A stretch of 35,878 bases of DNA. Source: Candidatus Aerophobota bacterium (GTDB lineage: Bacteria > Aerophobota > Aerophobia > Aerophobales > B3-G15). The stretch lies in contig JAGGZA010000001.1 in assembly GCA_021162265.1 (NCBI GenBank), positions 1 through 35,878 on the forward strand, given 5' to 3'. Each line of letters begins with the position of its first letter. Position 1 is the first letter of the stretch. Both the position numbers and the translations under genes were made by a program. Below, piece after piece: positions 1-9,921 of this stretch. The notes under the pieces were generated by a model. The model was not told where the DNA came from. It did no database searches and worked only from the letters and a program-made list of their open reading frames with translations.

Positions 1-113
1 ACATTCCCCTCTTTTTCTGGATAACTGGAAAAAGCAATTATCCCCTTCAAACCTTTCTTTTCAATTAAAAACTTTGTTTTCTGGATACGCCCAGATAATT
101 CATCTGTACTCAT
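1..113 (-). CDS. M24-family peptidase (Xaa-Pro peptidase/creatinase-like), N-terminal end only; runs off the window
   Basis: Absent from the ORF track because it is truncated. ATG at 113-111 with AAGGAG at 120-125 (minus strand), 6 nt upstream. My translation is MSTDELSGRIQKTKFLIEKKGLKGIIAFSSYPEKEGN, which resembles the creatinase/prolidase N-terminal domain. Only 37 aa are visible. Confidence 0.35.
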   Translation of the reverse strand, partial: MSTDELSGRIQKTKFLIEKKGLKGIIAFSSYPEKEGN

Positions 114-231
114 ACCCTTCTCCTTAAAATAGTTTGTATTCTTGCTCTTGGCATTCCATAAATATTACTAAAAATAAAAGAGACTTTTCCATCTTTAATT
201 ATTTTTTCTTACCCGGACACCAAAAAACCAA

Positions 232-1212
232 TTACTTATGTGCCTTGTTTATAGCGTTAATCAAATTGCGCAACGGGATAAACTTCTGCAAGCTTCCCAT
301 AATTCCCTTGGATGCAAATAATATAGTTAACATAAAAGCCACACCAATAACAAGCATATATCTTTCGATTATCTGACCCAGAAGAACTTCCATTGCACTT
401 AAAATTAGTGTTCCTATTATTGCTCCCACTAAACTCTCCACTCCTCCTAAAATTGAAGCAAGCATAACCCATACTGCCTGAGATAAGCCAAGAGCATGGG
501 GATTGATTACCCCTGTGAAGTAAACAAAAAAAATCCCAGAAATTCCCGCAATCACACCGGACAAAACAAAAGCCACATATTTAATTAAAAAAACAGGATA
601 TCCTAACATAACCATACGCGAAGGATTATCGCGAACTCCCCGGAGTGCCAAACCAAATGGAGAGCGCTTAATTAAAGCAAGAAATATCAAACAAGCCAGA
701 AATACACAAAGTAAAGGAAAATAAAAAAATCTCGGATTTGCAAAAGAAATACCTCCTATACGAGGAGAGCTAATGCCACTAATCCCATTATACCCGCCAG
801 TCAAGGAAACCCACTGATCAGCAAGCCCCCAGATAATCTGTCCAAAAGCTAAGGTAATCATCAAAAAGTAAACCCCTTTTACTCTGACTGCAAAAAGACC
901 AAAAAAAGAAGCTAAACCCATCGCTGCTAAAATTCCAATCAGCACTGATAAAGGAAAATGAATACCAAAACGAACAGTTGTAATGGCTACTGCATAAGCA
1001 GATACACCAAAAAAAGCTGCCTGAGACAAAGAAATCATTCCTGCCTGACCTGCCAGAAAGGTAAAACTCATCACCAGTATACTGAAAAACAAAACCCGTA
1101 TAGCTAAAGTCAAATAAAAAGCAGGCATCCACCAAGGAAAAGAGAATAAAGATAGTACAATTCCCGCTTCTAATATTAACTTGTATTTACAATAGAGCCT
1201 ATAAATACTCAC
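232..1212 (-). CDS. livM: Branched-chain-amino-acid-type ABC transporter permease (LivM family)
   Basis: 326 aa polytopic membrane protein with LivM-like glycine-rich helices. 4-nt start/stop overlap with the upstream LivH gene. Sits in a complete Liv-type operon. Confidence 0.85.
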   Translation of the reverse strand: MSIYRLYCKYKLILEAGIVLSLFSFPWWMPAFYLTLAIRVLFFSILVMSFTFLAGQAGMISLSQAAFFGVSAYAVAITTVRFGIHFPLSVLIGILAAMGLASFFGLFAVRVKGVYFLMITLAFGQIIWGLADQWVSLTGGYNGISGISSPRIGGISFANPRFFYFPLLCVFLACLIFLALIKRSPFGLALRGVRDNPSRMVMLGYPVFLIKYVAFVLSGVIAGISGIFFVYFTGVINPHALGLSQAVWVMLASILGGVESLVGAIIGTLILSAMEVLLGQIIERYMLVIGVAFMLTILFASKGIMGSLQKFIPLRNLINAINKAHK

Positions 1213-2072
1213 TTTTCTCTCCCAAATAATCCATGTGGCCAGATAGATAGTACCAATACCATAGGCACAAAAGTAAGAAAAATGGAAAATTGAGGAACAT
1301 ACAGACGCCCGATACTTAAAATTAAACTTATAATCAAAGCACCTATTATCGTGCCACCAAAACTTCCCATCCCTCCCATTATAACTACCACTAAAGTAAG
1401 GGTAAGAATTTTGAAATCCTCACCAGGAGCTAAAGCCAAAAAAGAACCACCAATTACACCAGCAACCCCACCTAAAAAGGCAGACAGAGCAAAAACCATA
1501 ACAGATAATCTATCAACATTTACGCCTGTAGCAGAAGCTATCTCTCGGTTATCTACACTTGCCCGAATAGCCATACCCAGTTTTGTCTTCTTTAATAGAA
1601 ACCATAGTCCCACCCCAATTATTATCCCAATAAGCAAAATAAACAACCGAAAACCAGGATAAATGATACCAAAAAAATAAATCGGCGAGTTCAGGAACGT
1701 GGGTGAGGGTATAGAGATGGGATCTCCACCCCAAACTGCCAGAGAAACATCAGCTAATATAATAGCTAAAGATAAGGTCAGCAAAGCTTGTGCAAGGAAA
1801 TTTCCTCGAACCTGACTGAGAAGAAAGCGCTCTATAACAATACTTACTCCTGCCATAGTTAGTCCTCCAGCAATAAGAGCTATACCCCAATTTCCAGTTA
1901 TTATCAGGACAGAGAGCCCTACATATCCACCTACCAAATAAAATGCTCCATGGGCAAGATTTACCACACGCATCAAATTAAAAGCAAGAGTAAGTCCGCT
2001 GGCCATTACAAACAATACAGCTGCATACGTTAAACTATTCAAAACTAATAAAAGGACTATCTTCTCAGTCAT
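1209..2072 (-). CDS. livH: Branched-chain-amino-acid-type ABC transporter permease (LivH family)
   Basis: 287 aa. N-terminal YAAVLFVMASGLTLAFNLMRVVNLAHGAFYLVGGY is the typical LivH signature region. Operon context supports the call. Confidence 0.88.
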   Translation of the reverse strand: MTEKIVLLLVLNSLTYAAVLFVMASGLTLAFNLMRVVNLAHGAFYLVGGYVGLSVLIITGNWGIALIAGGLTMAGVSIVIERFLLSQVRGNFLAQALLTLSLAIILADVSLAVWGGDPISIPSPTFLNSPIYFFGIIYPGFRLFILLIGIIIGVGLWFLLKKTKLGMAIRASVDNREIASATGVNVDRLSVMVFALSAFLGGVAGVIGGSFLALAPGEDFKILTLTLVVVIMGGMGSFGGTIIGALIISLILSIGRLYVPQFSIFLTFVPMVLVLSIWPHGLFGREK

Positions 2073-2130
2073 AGAAATTTTCCCGCATCAGAATAATTTT
2101 AACTATAACAGAGTAGCCTTGTTAAGAAAG

Positions 2131-2844
2131 TTAAATCCCCAAATATTGATGCTGTAACTCTTCATCAGTAATGAATTCCTCTCCCCGGACCTGACAAACT
2201 ATTCGCCCACTTACCATTATGTAAACCCGTTCAGCCAATCCATTTATAACTTTTATATTTTGCTCCACTACTAATAAAGAAAGCTTTGCCTCCTCAACTA
2301 ATTGTTTGCAGGTTTCCACTATCCGATCTACTACAAGAGGAGCAAGACCCTCTGATGGCTCGTCCATAATTAACAAAGTGGGATTTGTAACAAGAGCCCT
2401 GGCAATAGCAAGCATCTGTTGTTCACCTCCGCTTAACCTCGTACCACTAACCTGCTTCCTATCCCTTAGTTCCGGAAAAAATCTATAAACAGTATCAGGT
2501 GTCCACCTGTTATTATTTTTCGGGTGATACGCAAGACGAAGATGCTCATCCACAGAAAGCGAGGAAAACAATTGTCGTCCTTGAGGAACATAACCTACGC
2601 CAAGATTAACGATCTGGCAGGGTTTTTTGGACAAAATGTCCTGACCTTTAAACCGGATACCTCCCTGACACCAGGGAGGAGTAAGTCCCATAATTGCCCG
2701 CAATAAAGTGGTCTTTCCCATACCATTCCTACCCACTACTACAACTCGCTCACCATGCCTGATCTGTAAAGAAACTCCCTGAATTACATAGCTCTTGCCA
2801 TAATAAGCATGTAAATCGCGAATCTCCAAAATAGTATCAACCAT
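2131..2844 (-). CDS. livF: ABC transporter ATP-binding protein (LivF family)
   Basis: 237 aa. Walker A GRNGMGKTT, signature LSGGEQQ, Walker B LLIMDEPSEGL. Has the YYGKS...GVSL pattern of LivF. 8-nt overlap with livG. Confidence 0.88.
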   Translation of the reverse strand: MVDTILEIRDLHAYYGKSYVIQGVSLQIRHGERVVVVGRNGMGKTTLLRAIMGLTPPWCQGGIRFKGQDILSKKPCQIVNLGVGYVPQGRQLFSSLSVDEHLRLAYHPKNNNRWTPDTVYRFFPELRDRKQVSGTRLSGGEQQMLAIARALVTNPTLLIMDEPSEGLAPLVVDRIVETCKQLVEEAKLSLLVVEQNIKVINGLAERVYIMVSGRIVCQVRGEEFITDEELQHQYLGI

Positions 2845-3619
2845 TTACCTCAGGACTCCCCAGGTATACTTCTTTCACTCTTTTATTCATACGAATTTTC
2901 TCTGGATCTGCCTCAGCAATAATGCTTCCTTTATACATCACAGATACACTATCGGCAATATGTAAAGCTACATCAATGTTATGTTCAATAAATAAAATAG
3001 TTACTTTTTTATCTATTTTCTCCAATAATTGAGTCATCCATTTGCGCTCACCTGCAGAAAGACCAGCCGTTGGCTCGTCAAGAAGTAAAATTTTGGGATC
3101 GACAGCCAGTGCTAAACCAAGCTCAAGCTGTCGCTGTTTTCCATAGGAAAGCTCTCCTGCCAGAGTAGTTAACGCATCTTCCAGATTCACCGACTGAGCC
3201 ACCTGTCTTACCCTCTCTCTAAATACACTGTCCGCAGTTTGAGAACGAAACAAATTGGATAACAATCCTGTTGAAATTTCCTGTCTTCTACGGACAGCAA
3301 GAAAAAGATTCTCTTCTACTGTCAAATTAGGAAATATCTGCGTTATTTGATAGGTACGACCCAAGCCAAGCATCACCCTTTGTCGAGCAGACCAATAGGT
3401 AACATCCCTGCCAAAAAGCCAAATTTTACCCTCGTCCAATGGAAGTTCTCCGGTAATTAAGTTAAATAAGGTAGTCTTTCCTGCTCCGTTAGGTCCTATT
3501 AAAGCTCTACGCTCGCCAACTTTTATTACTAAGTCTACACCTCGAACTGCACTCACTCCCCCAAACCACTTAGATACTCCCTGCAAGGTAAGCGCTGATT
3601 TTTTATGGTTTTTCACCAT
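2837..3619 (-). CDS. livG: ABC transporter ATP-binding protein (LivG family)
   Basis: 260 aa. FGGVSAV...GPNGAGKTTLFNLITG is typical of LivG. Signature LSYGKQRQ, Walker B LLLDEPTAG. Confidence 0.88.
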   Translation of the reverse strand: MVKNHKKSALTLQGVSKWFGGVSAVRGVDLVIKVGERRALIGPNGAGKTTLFNLITGELPLDEGKIWLFGRDVTYWSARQRVMLGLGRTYQITQIFPNLTVEENLFLAVRRRQEISTGLLSNLFRSQTADSVFRERVRQVAQSVNLEDALTTLAGELSYGKQRQLELGLALAVDPKILLLDEPTAGLSAGERKWMTQLLEKIDKKVTILFIEHNIDVALHIADSVSVMYKGSIIAEADPEKIRMNKRVKEVYLGSPEVNG

Positions 3620-3628
3620 TAACCCTTT

Positions 3629-4960
3629 TTATTCAGCCCATCCTTTTTGCATTACTCTATTTACATATTCTGCACCGAAGTACTTTTCTATTTCCTCAAA
3701 ATATTCCTTTCGCTCTCCTGGTGGATAATACCTGGCATTAGGTGGTTGAGCCATATATTCCTTTTCCATTCCCTTATATGGACCAAACTGAGACACATTT
3801 TTATAAGTCTTAACAGGTACATTCATAAGCTTACCATTTACCTTGCGGACTTCCCTGATATATACATTTTCCACCGCATTACCAAATTTATCAAAATAAA
3901 TGGGTCCCCGTGGAGCCACGATTTTAACTGCACGTAAAGCATTAACTAAAGCCCTGGTATCTTCCACCTTCCCATTAATAGCCTCCAATGCCTTAAGAAG
4001 TACTTTTACAGCCACATATCCTTGTTCTGCATAGGGAGGAGGTAATTCTCCCCACCTTTTCTCAAAATTTTGCCTGAACTTAAGCATTTCAGGAGTGCTC
4101 ATACCAACTGCATAGTGCATAGATGTAATTGTACCAATGGCTCTATCACCTAAAGCGGGAAGAATACCCTGTTCTGTTGCATTTGAGAAACCAAGAAGCT
4201 TGGGATAAAAATTCTCCATTCCAAAATTATGCCATTGTTTGAAAAAACCAATAGCATCAGTAGCAGAAGCATTGTTTATTACAGCATCATACTTGTCAGA
4301 TAGCCTCATAAGTTTTGTCATAATAGCACTGAAATCCTCGGTCCCAACTGGATACCAGATGCGCTTTACTTCTTGCCCTCCATTCTCAAGAAAACCACGG
4401 ATAAAACCTGCTGCCTGACCCCAAGGAAAAGCATAATCTTCACCCACTATAATGACCCTCTTGTATCCCAGCTCATCATGAACATATTTGCCAAAATGGA
4501 AAGTAACCTGTGGACCTGTCCAGCCTGGCCTCAAAACATTTTTAACTGCTTTGCGCATAGTAATATCTTCCGATGCAGAATAACCAATGAGCATAGGTAT
4601 CCCTGTCCGTGCTGCCCAATCCACAGCAGCCAAACCTTCAGCACCGGTACCCGGACCAATAATCACATCCACCTTATCACGGTCTTTAAGAGCTTCCAAT
4701 TTGGTAATCATCAATTCTACTTGCCCCTTGGTATCCTCCACATAGATTTTAATAGGTCGATCCATAAACCTATAATTAACTTCCTCCAAAGCCAGAATAA
4801 CACCCTTTTTTAAATTCTTACCTAAAATTGCTGCCCAACCAGTCATAGGAGAAATAACGCCTATTCTAATTGGCTCTATTTGAGACGCACACGCAGGAGT
4901 TAAGAAAATCAGCCCTAATAATCCCACAAATGCCATCATCCACAAGACTCTTTTAAACAT
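3629..4960 (-). CDS. ABC transporter substrate-binding protein (type I periplasmic binding fold, LivJ/K-related), secreted
   Basis: 443 aa. N-terminal signal peptide (MFKRVLWMMAFVGLLGLIFLTPACA), then PIRIGVISPMTG, typical of Leu/Ile/Val-binding-family SBPs. First gene of Liv operon 1. Ligand unknown. Confidence 0.8.
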   Translation of the reverse strand: MFKRVLWMMAFVGLLGLIFLTPACASQIEPIRIGVISPMTGWAAILGKNLKKGVILALEEVNYRFMDRPIKIYVEDTKGQVELMITKLEALKDRDKVDVIIGPGTGAEGLAAVDWAARTGIPMLIGYSASEDITMRKAVKNVLRPGWTGPQVTFHFGKYVHDELGYKRVIIVGEDYAFPWGQAAGFIRGFLENGGQEVKRIWYPVGTEDFSAIMTKLMRLSDKYDAVINNASATDAIGFFKQWHNFGMENFYPKLLGFSNATEQGILPALGDRAIGTITSMHYAVGMSTPEMLKFRQNFEKRWGELPPPYAEQGYVAVKVLLKALEAINGKVEDTRALVNALRAVKIVAPRGPIYFDKFGNAVENVYIREVRKVNGKLMNVPVKTYKNVSQFGPYKGMEKEYMAQPPNARYYPPGERKEYFEEIEKYFGAEYVNRVMQKGWAE

Positions 4961-5041
4961 ATTAACACCTCCCTGCTAAAGTATTATTACTCTTTGAAAA
5001 AATAGTATTAGATGAAACTTTGAATTTTTATAAGCTTTATC

Positions 5042-5764
5042 CTACATACTAAGATAAGCCTCTTTAACATGTTTATTATTCAAAAGTTCTTCCCCTTTAC
5101 CTTGCAAGACAATCCTCCCTTCCTCTAATACATACCCATAATCGGATATTTCCAGGGACCGGTAGACATTTTGCTCAACAAGCAAGATAGTAACTCCTTC
5201 TTCTCTTATTCGGGTAATAGTCTCAAATAAAATATCCAAAATCTTAGGGGCTAAACCTAAGGAAGGCTCATCTAACATCAATAGCTTGGGCAAGGTCATT
5301 AATGAACGAGCAATTGCCAGCATTTGCTGCTCACCACCACTCAGAGTCCCGGCTGCCTGCCGCCCTCTCTCTCTTAAAATAGGAAAGAGGTTGAGTACTT
5401 TTTCCATTGTCTCATTTTTCTTCTCTCTGGCTCGAGGTATATAAGCCCCCAGCTCTAAGTTTTCCTGTACGCTCATTCCTGGAAAAAGATGTCTTCCCTC
5501 AGGAACTTGAACTAATCCCATATCTACAATTTCATAAGGAGAAAGATGAGTAATGTCTCTCCCCATAAATTGAATATTTCCTCTCTGAGGTCGGATAATT
5601 CCGGAAACTGTATTTAAAGTTGTACTCTTGCCAGACCCATTTGCTCCCAGAAGAGCTATAATTTGACCTTCCTGGACTTTTAAGCTTACACCATTTAATA
5701 CTTTTATCTTCCCATAACTTACCTCTAAATCATTTAGAGAAAGCAAAGCAGAATTTTTTTCCAT
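5042..5764 (-). CDS. livF: ABC transporter ATP-binding protein (LivF family)
   Basis: 240 aa. Walker A GANGSGKST, LSGGEQQMLAIARSL, Walker B LLMLDEPSLGL. Confidence 0.88.
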   Translation of the reverse strand: MEKNSALLSLNDLEVSYGKIKVLNGVSLKVQEGQIIALLGANGSGKSTTLNTVSGIIRPQRGNIQFMGRDITHLSPYEIVDMGLVQVPEGRHLFPGMSVQENLELGAYIPRAREKKNETMEKVLNLFPILRERGRQAAGTLSGGEQQMLAIARSLMTLPKLLMLDEPSLGLAPKILDILFETITRIREEGVTILLVEQNVYRSLEISDYGYVLEEGRIVLQGKGEELLNNKHVKEAYLSM

Positions 5765-5805
5765 TCTTTACATCCTTATTTCATCAAAATTTCATCAAAG
5801 CTTTT

Positions 5806-7617
5806 TTAAGTAAATTTCCTCTGGCCTAAATACGCCTCTATCACTGCTTCATGTTCACAAACTTCCTTAGGTGTTCCCTCCACTAACTTCTTACCATGGT
5901 CTATCACCAGTATTCTATCTGATACACTCATAATTGCCTTCATCTTATGCTCAATAAGAAACAATGTAATACCAGAGGAAGCTATTTCCCTGAGAAAAGA
6001 AAGAAGAGCGTCTGTCTCTGTTGGATTTAGCCCGGCCATTATCTCATCAAGCAACAGTAACTGGGGATCACCTGCTAATGCTTTTCCTATCTCTAATTTT
6101 TTCTGTTCAAAGATGTCTAAACCGGAGGCTAATTTATCCCTTTTGTTGTACAAACCGAGTAAATCTATTATCTGCAACGCTTTGTGCATAGCCTGTCTGG
6201 ATGATTTATAATGCAGAAATGCTCCTATCATAATGTTCTCCAGAGCAGTGAGTCCTTTGAGTGGTCTAACATGCTGAAATGTTCTTCCGATACCCATTTT
6301 GCATATTTTATAAGGAGGAAGCCCTGTTATAAGATGCTCATTGAAAATAATCTCCCCTTTATCGGGCTTATAGAATCCATTAATTGAATTAAACAGGGTA
6401 GTCTTGCCAGCTCCATTGGGACCAATTAAACCAAAAACCTCACCTTTTTTTATCTCAAAACTCACATCCTTTAAAGCAACTATTCCCCCAAAAGTTTTAG
6501 TTAAGTTATTAACTTTCATCACCACCAAATTCTGTTCAGAGTTTGACAGGGTAACAGGTGAAATCTGCTCGGGAGTGCTTACATTTATCTTCTCTTCTCT
6601 TTGTCTAACCGAGATTCTCTCAGGCGAGGTCTTCTCAGGTTTACTCGTGCTGGTTTTCTGAATGCGTCGTCTCCTCAAACCCATAATTCCCTCTGGTGCC
6701 CTTAGAATTATGATGATCAAAATAACCCCATAAATAATGTAATTCAATCCAACTATTTTCCCTCCAAGTAAGCCTCTAAGGTATTCAGATATAGGTACTA
6801 CTATAAATGTACCTACCAGAGGACCAAGCACAGTACCTATACCTCCGATTATTGGAAAAAGTACCATATCTATAGACCGATCGAGCGAAAAAGCAAAAGT
6901 CGGAGTAACATGTCCTGAATAAATAACAAAGATTGCCCCTCCTATAGCTGTAAAAAATGCGCTAATACTTAAAGCAGCTGTTTTATAGTATTGAACATTT
7001 ACTCCAAGAGCATTCGCTGCATATTCGTCTTCACGTATAGCTTGAAAGTAAAAACCTGTTCTCGAACTTTTAATCTTATAAGAAACAACAAGCATTATTA
7101 TTAGAAAAGCCAGGGCAAGATAGACATAATACACAACTGACTTAAAGGCCATATTTCTGATTCCAGGCACAAAAGGAACAGCTATCCCTGCTGCACCTCC
7201 TGTCAGTTTCTGCCAGTAAGTAGCAATACAGCTAAACACTAAAAGAGCTGCTATAGTTGATAAAGCAAAAAAGTGTGAATGCAGCCTCAGCAGTACCCTC
7301 CCCACTGTTAAACTAAAAACAAAAGCTAATAGAGCCCCAAACAGCATACCTACCCAGGGTGAAATACCAAAGCGAACGTACATTAAAACTGTAGTATAAG
7401 CTCCAAGGCCAAAAAATAGAGAATGCCCTACAGAGAACTGACCTGTATATCCTCCTAAGATATTCCAGGCACTTGCCAATGCTGCCGAAATAAAAATCAC
7501 AAATAAGATACTCTCAATATATGGAAAGCCAAAGAAGAACAAAGGAGAGAGACATATTAACACAAACACAAACCCAATAAATATTTTTTTCTTATCTACA
7601 TTGTTATTGTTAGCCAT
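5806..7617 (-). CDS. Fused LivM-type permease / LivG-type ATPase
   Basis: 603 aa. The N-terminal ~310 aa is a LivM-like polytopic membrane domain. A charged Ser/Thr/Pro/Glu-rich linker follows (RRRRIQKTSTSKPEKTSPERISVRQREEKINVSTPEQISPVTLSNSEQ). The C-terminal part is LivG-like (FGGIVALKDV...GPNGAGKTTLFN, LLLLDEIMAGL). Confidence 0.85.
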   Translation of the reverse strand: MANNNNVDKKKIFIGFVFVLICLSPLFFFGFPYIESILFVIFISAALASAWNILGGYTGQFSVGHSLFFGLGAYTTVLMYVRFGISPWVGMLFGALLAFVFSLTVGRVLLRLHSHFFALSTIAALLVFSCIATYWQKLTGGAAGIAVPFVPGIRNMAFKSVVYYVYLALAFLIIMLVVSYKIKSSRTGFYFQAIREDEYAANALGVNVQYYKTAALSISAFFTAIGGAIFVIYSGHVTPTFAFSLDRSIDMVLFPIIGGIGTVLGPLVGTFIVVPISEYLRGLLGGKIVGLNYIIYGVILIIIILRAPEGIMGLRRRRIQKTSTSKPEKTSPERISVRQREEKINVSTPEQISPVTLSNSEQNLVVMKVNNLTKTFGGIVALKDVSFEIKKGEVFGLIGPNGAGKTTLFNSINGFYKPDKGEIIFNEHLITGLPPYKICKMGIGRTFQHVRPLKGLTALENIMIGAFLHYKSSRQAMHKALQIIDLLGLYNKRDKLASGLDIFEQKKLEIGKALAGDPQLLLLDEIMAGLNPTETDALLSFLREIASSGITLFLIEHKMKAIMSVSDRILVIDHGKKLVEGTPKEVCEHEAVIEAYLGQRKFT

Positions 7618-7638
7618 AGCAATCTCCTCATCTCAACT

Positions 7639-8505
7639 TCACTTAGATTTGAGTAATCCTGATGGTCTCCACAAAAGAATAAGTATGAAAATTCCAAACA
7701 TAACAGCCTCTTTAAGATGAGGTGTAATTAAAAAGGAGGTAAATACTTCTATAAACGCTAAAATAAAGGCACCAAGTAAAGTACCAAGCAGACTTTTATA
7801 CCCTCCAAGCACAACAATGATAAACGCAAGCATCACAAAGGTAGTTCCTATAGAGGGTATAGCAGTGTACACTGGACTCATTATCACCCCTGCTGCAGCA
7901 ACACAAGCTATACCAATGCCAAAAGTTAAAAGATATATTCTGCTTACATTTATTCCCAAAAGTTTCGCGCCAATCCTTCCCTGAGCAACTGCTCTTATAG
8001 CCTTTCCGGTATAAGTTTTATAAAGAAAAAGGAAAAGAATCATTATTATGAATATAGAAATTACAAACATTAGAAATTCACCATAAGTCAAATATACTCC
8101 TGATAAATTTAAAATCCCGCTTGCAAAATTTGATTTAACTACACGAGGTCCTGGTCCCCATGCAAGCAAGGCACCACGGCTAAGAATAAGAGATAAACCT
8201 AAGGTAACACATATCTGAATTGTAAAGGGCTTATCTACTATAGGTTGTATTAGAAGATATTCTATTCCTGCCCCAATAAGAAAGAAAACAGGTACCAGGA
8301 TAAAAAAACTCAAATAAGGACTAAGCCCAAAAAATTTCATTAACCAGAAAGAGCCATACATGGAAAGCATTAAAAATTCTCCATGTGCAAAATTAACTAT
8401 TTCCAGAACCCCAAATATTAATGTTAACCCTATAGCTATTAAGGCATATAAACTTCCAGTATATATACCCATCATCGCTATTTGAAGAAATACACCGCCA
8501 CTCAT
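7639..8505 (-). CDS. livH: Branched-chain-amino-acid-type ABC transporter permease (LivH family)
   Basis: 288 aa. YALIAIGLTLIFGVLEIVNFAHGEFLMLSMY is a LivH signature. Operon context supports the call. Confidence 0.88.
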   Translation of the reverse strand: MSGGVFLQIAMMGIYTGSLYALIAIGLTLIFGVLEIVNFAHGEFLMLSMYGSFWLMKFFGLSPYLSFFILVPVFFLIGAGIEYLLIQPIVDKPFTIQICVTLGLSLILSRGALLAWGPGPRVVKSNFASGILNLSGVYLTYGEFLMFVISIFIIMILFLFLYKTYTGKAIRAVAQGRIGAKLLGINVSRIYLLTFGIGIACVAAAGVIMSPVYTAIPSIGTTFVMLAFIIVVLGGYKSLLGTLLGAFILAFIEVFTSFLITPHLKEAVMFGIFILILLWRPSGLLKSK

Positions 8506-8628
8506 CTCTTCACCCCATTTTATCCTTTAATTAAGAATACTCGCTTGTTTAGAACTTAAAATGGAGGGAGAGAGAAAATAACTATATAACTCATCTCCCT
8601 CCATTCATAATTCACTACCCTTTCAACA

Positions 8629-9921
8629 TCACTTCTTTTGGTAAATCTTTTCTTTATCTTTCCAGGAAAGCATTGGCAACTCCAGCTTTCTACCTGGATA
8701 TGGCATAGGATATATTGTCCACATCTGTCCATCCTGCCACTGCACACCTACCTCAAAAGCTCTCAAATTCGTCCCATTATTCCACTCATCAGGACCAGCA
8801 AACTTACAACCCCACCCATTTCCTATTTTTCTGGGAGGAATATCTGTCTTCCGAATAGCCTCCACAATAGAATCTACATCATCTAAATTCTTTGCACGCT
8901 TAAGTGCATCAAGAAGAAACAGCATTCCTGTATAAGCTGACGCTGAATGACAGGTCCGAAGATGCTCTTCTCCATATTTTTTCTTATACATTTGTACAAA
9001 TTCTTGCATTCCCGGTGAAAGTTTTGGATTAGTATTTTCAACAGGCCAATTTGTACTGCAAAAACCATTTACAAGATTACCAAGAACATCTTTAGCGTAC
9101 CCTGTACCTAAAAAGCCTCCGGTCCCAATAGCAACCAGAGGATTAAAATCAAGTGTCTTAGCTGCTTCCCAAAATAGTCTGGCACCCTTTGGAAACATCC
9201 CTGGCGCAAAAAAGACATTTGCTCCAAGAGATTTTATCTTCAGAACTACAGGAGCCATAGTCCTGGTTGTTTCCTCGCTATAGGCTTTATTAAAAACCAC
9301 TTTTATGTCCTTTTCCTCAAGGCACCTGACTAACTCACTGGACATCTGCGTACCCCATGCAGAATCCAGATGGAGAACTGCTGCACGAACCTTGCTCCTC
9401 TCTATCCCCAATAACGGAAGTATGTAATTAACAAACCAGTCTGCTTGAGCTGTTCCTTCCAAAGTCGACCATGGATTTGTACGAAAGGTGTACTTTTGTC
9501 CCGGCTTTGTTAATATCGGACCACCTGCCAGTGTCATCCAGAAAATTACCTTATTCCGTTCGCAAATTGAAGACATAGCACCATCGAAATCATCTATACC
9601 ACTTCCTATTATAACCTTACAACCTTTTAGCTGAATTAAGCGTAAAGCCTCTGACTTTGCACTTTCTAAACTACTTACATCAGCAAAGTAAAGCTCTATT
9701 GGTCTTCCCTGTATTTCCCCACCCACTTTATCAACAGCAACTTCAAATCCTCTTTTCTGCTCCTGATTAATTAAAGGAATTATACTACTGAGTGTCAGAA
9801 CAGCACCAATCCGAATAGGCTCTTTTTTCTGCCCTAATGCCTGCACAGAAAGAAAGCTACCAGTGACTACCACCATAAATAACCCGACTAAGATACACGA
9901 CAAGAGTTTTTTCTTAAACAT
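8629..9921 (-). CDS. ABC transporter substrate-binding protein (LivJ/K-related), secreted
   Basis: 430 aa. Signal peptide, then PIRIGAVLTLSS. First gene of Liv operon 2. GAGGAG Shine-Dalgarno upstream. Confidence 0.78.
   Translation of the reverse strand: MFKKKLLSCILVGLFMVVVTGSFLSVQALGQKKEPIRIGAVLTLSSIIPLINQEQKRGFEVAVDKVGGEIQGRPIELYFADVSSLESAKSEALRLIQLKGCKVIIGSGIDDFDGAMSSICERNKVIFWMTLAGGPILTKPGQKYTFRTNPWSTLEGTAQADWFVNYILPLLGIERSKVRAAVLHLDSAWGTQMSSELVRCLEEKDIKVVFNKAYSEETTRTMAPVVLKIKSLGANVFFAPGMFPKGARLFWEAAKTLDFNPLVAIGTGGFLGTGYAKDVLGNLVNGFCSTNWPVENTNPKLSPGMQEFVQMYKKKYGEEHLRTCHSASAYTGMLFLLDALKRAKNLDDVDSIVEAIRKTDIPPRKIGNGWGCKFAGPDEWNNGTNLRAFEVGVQWQDGQMWTIYPMPYPGRKLELPMLSWKDKEKIYQKK

Noticed and set aside
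8556-8747. 63-aa minus-strand ORF between the SBP and LivH genes.
   Set aside because: It mostly overlaps the 3' end of the SBP gene in another frame. It is Cys/Arg-rich and looks random, with no ribosome-binding site.
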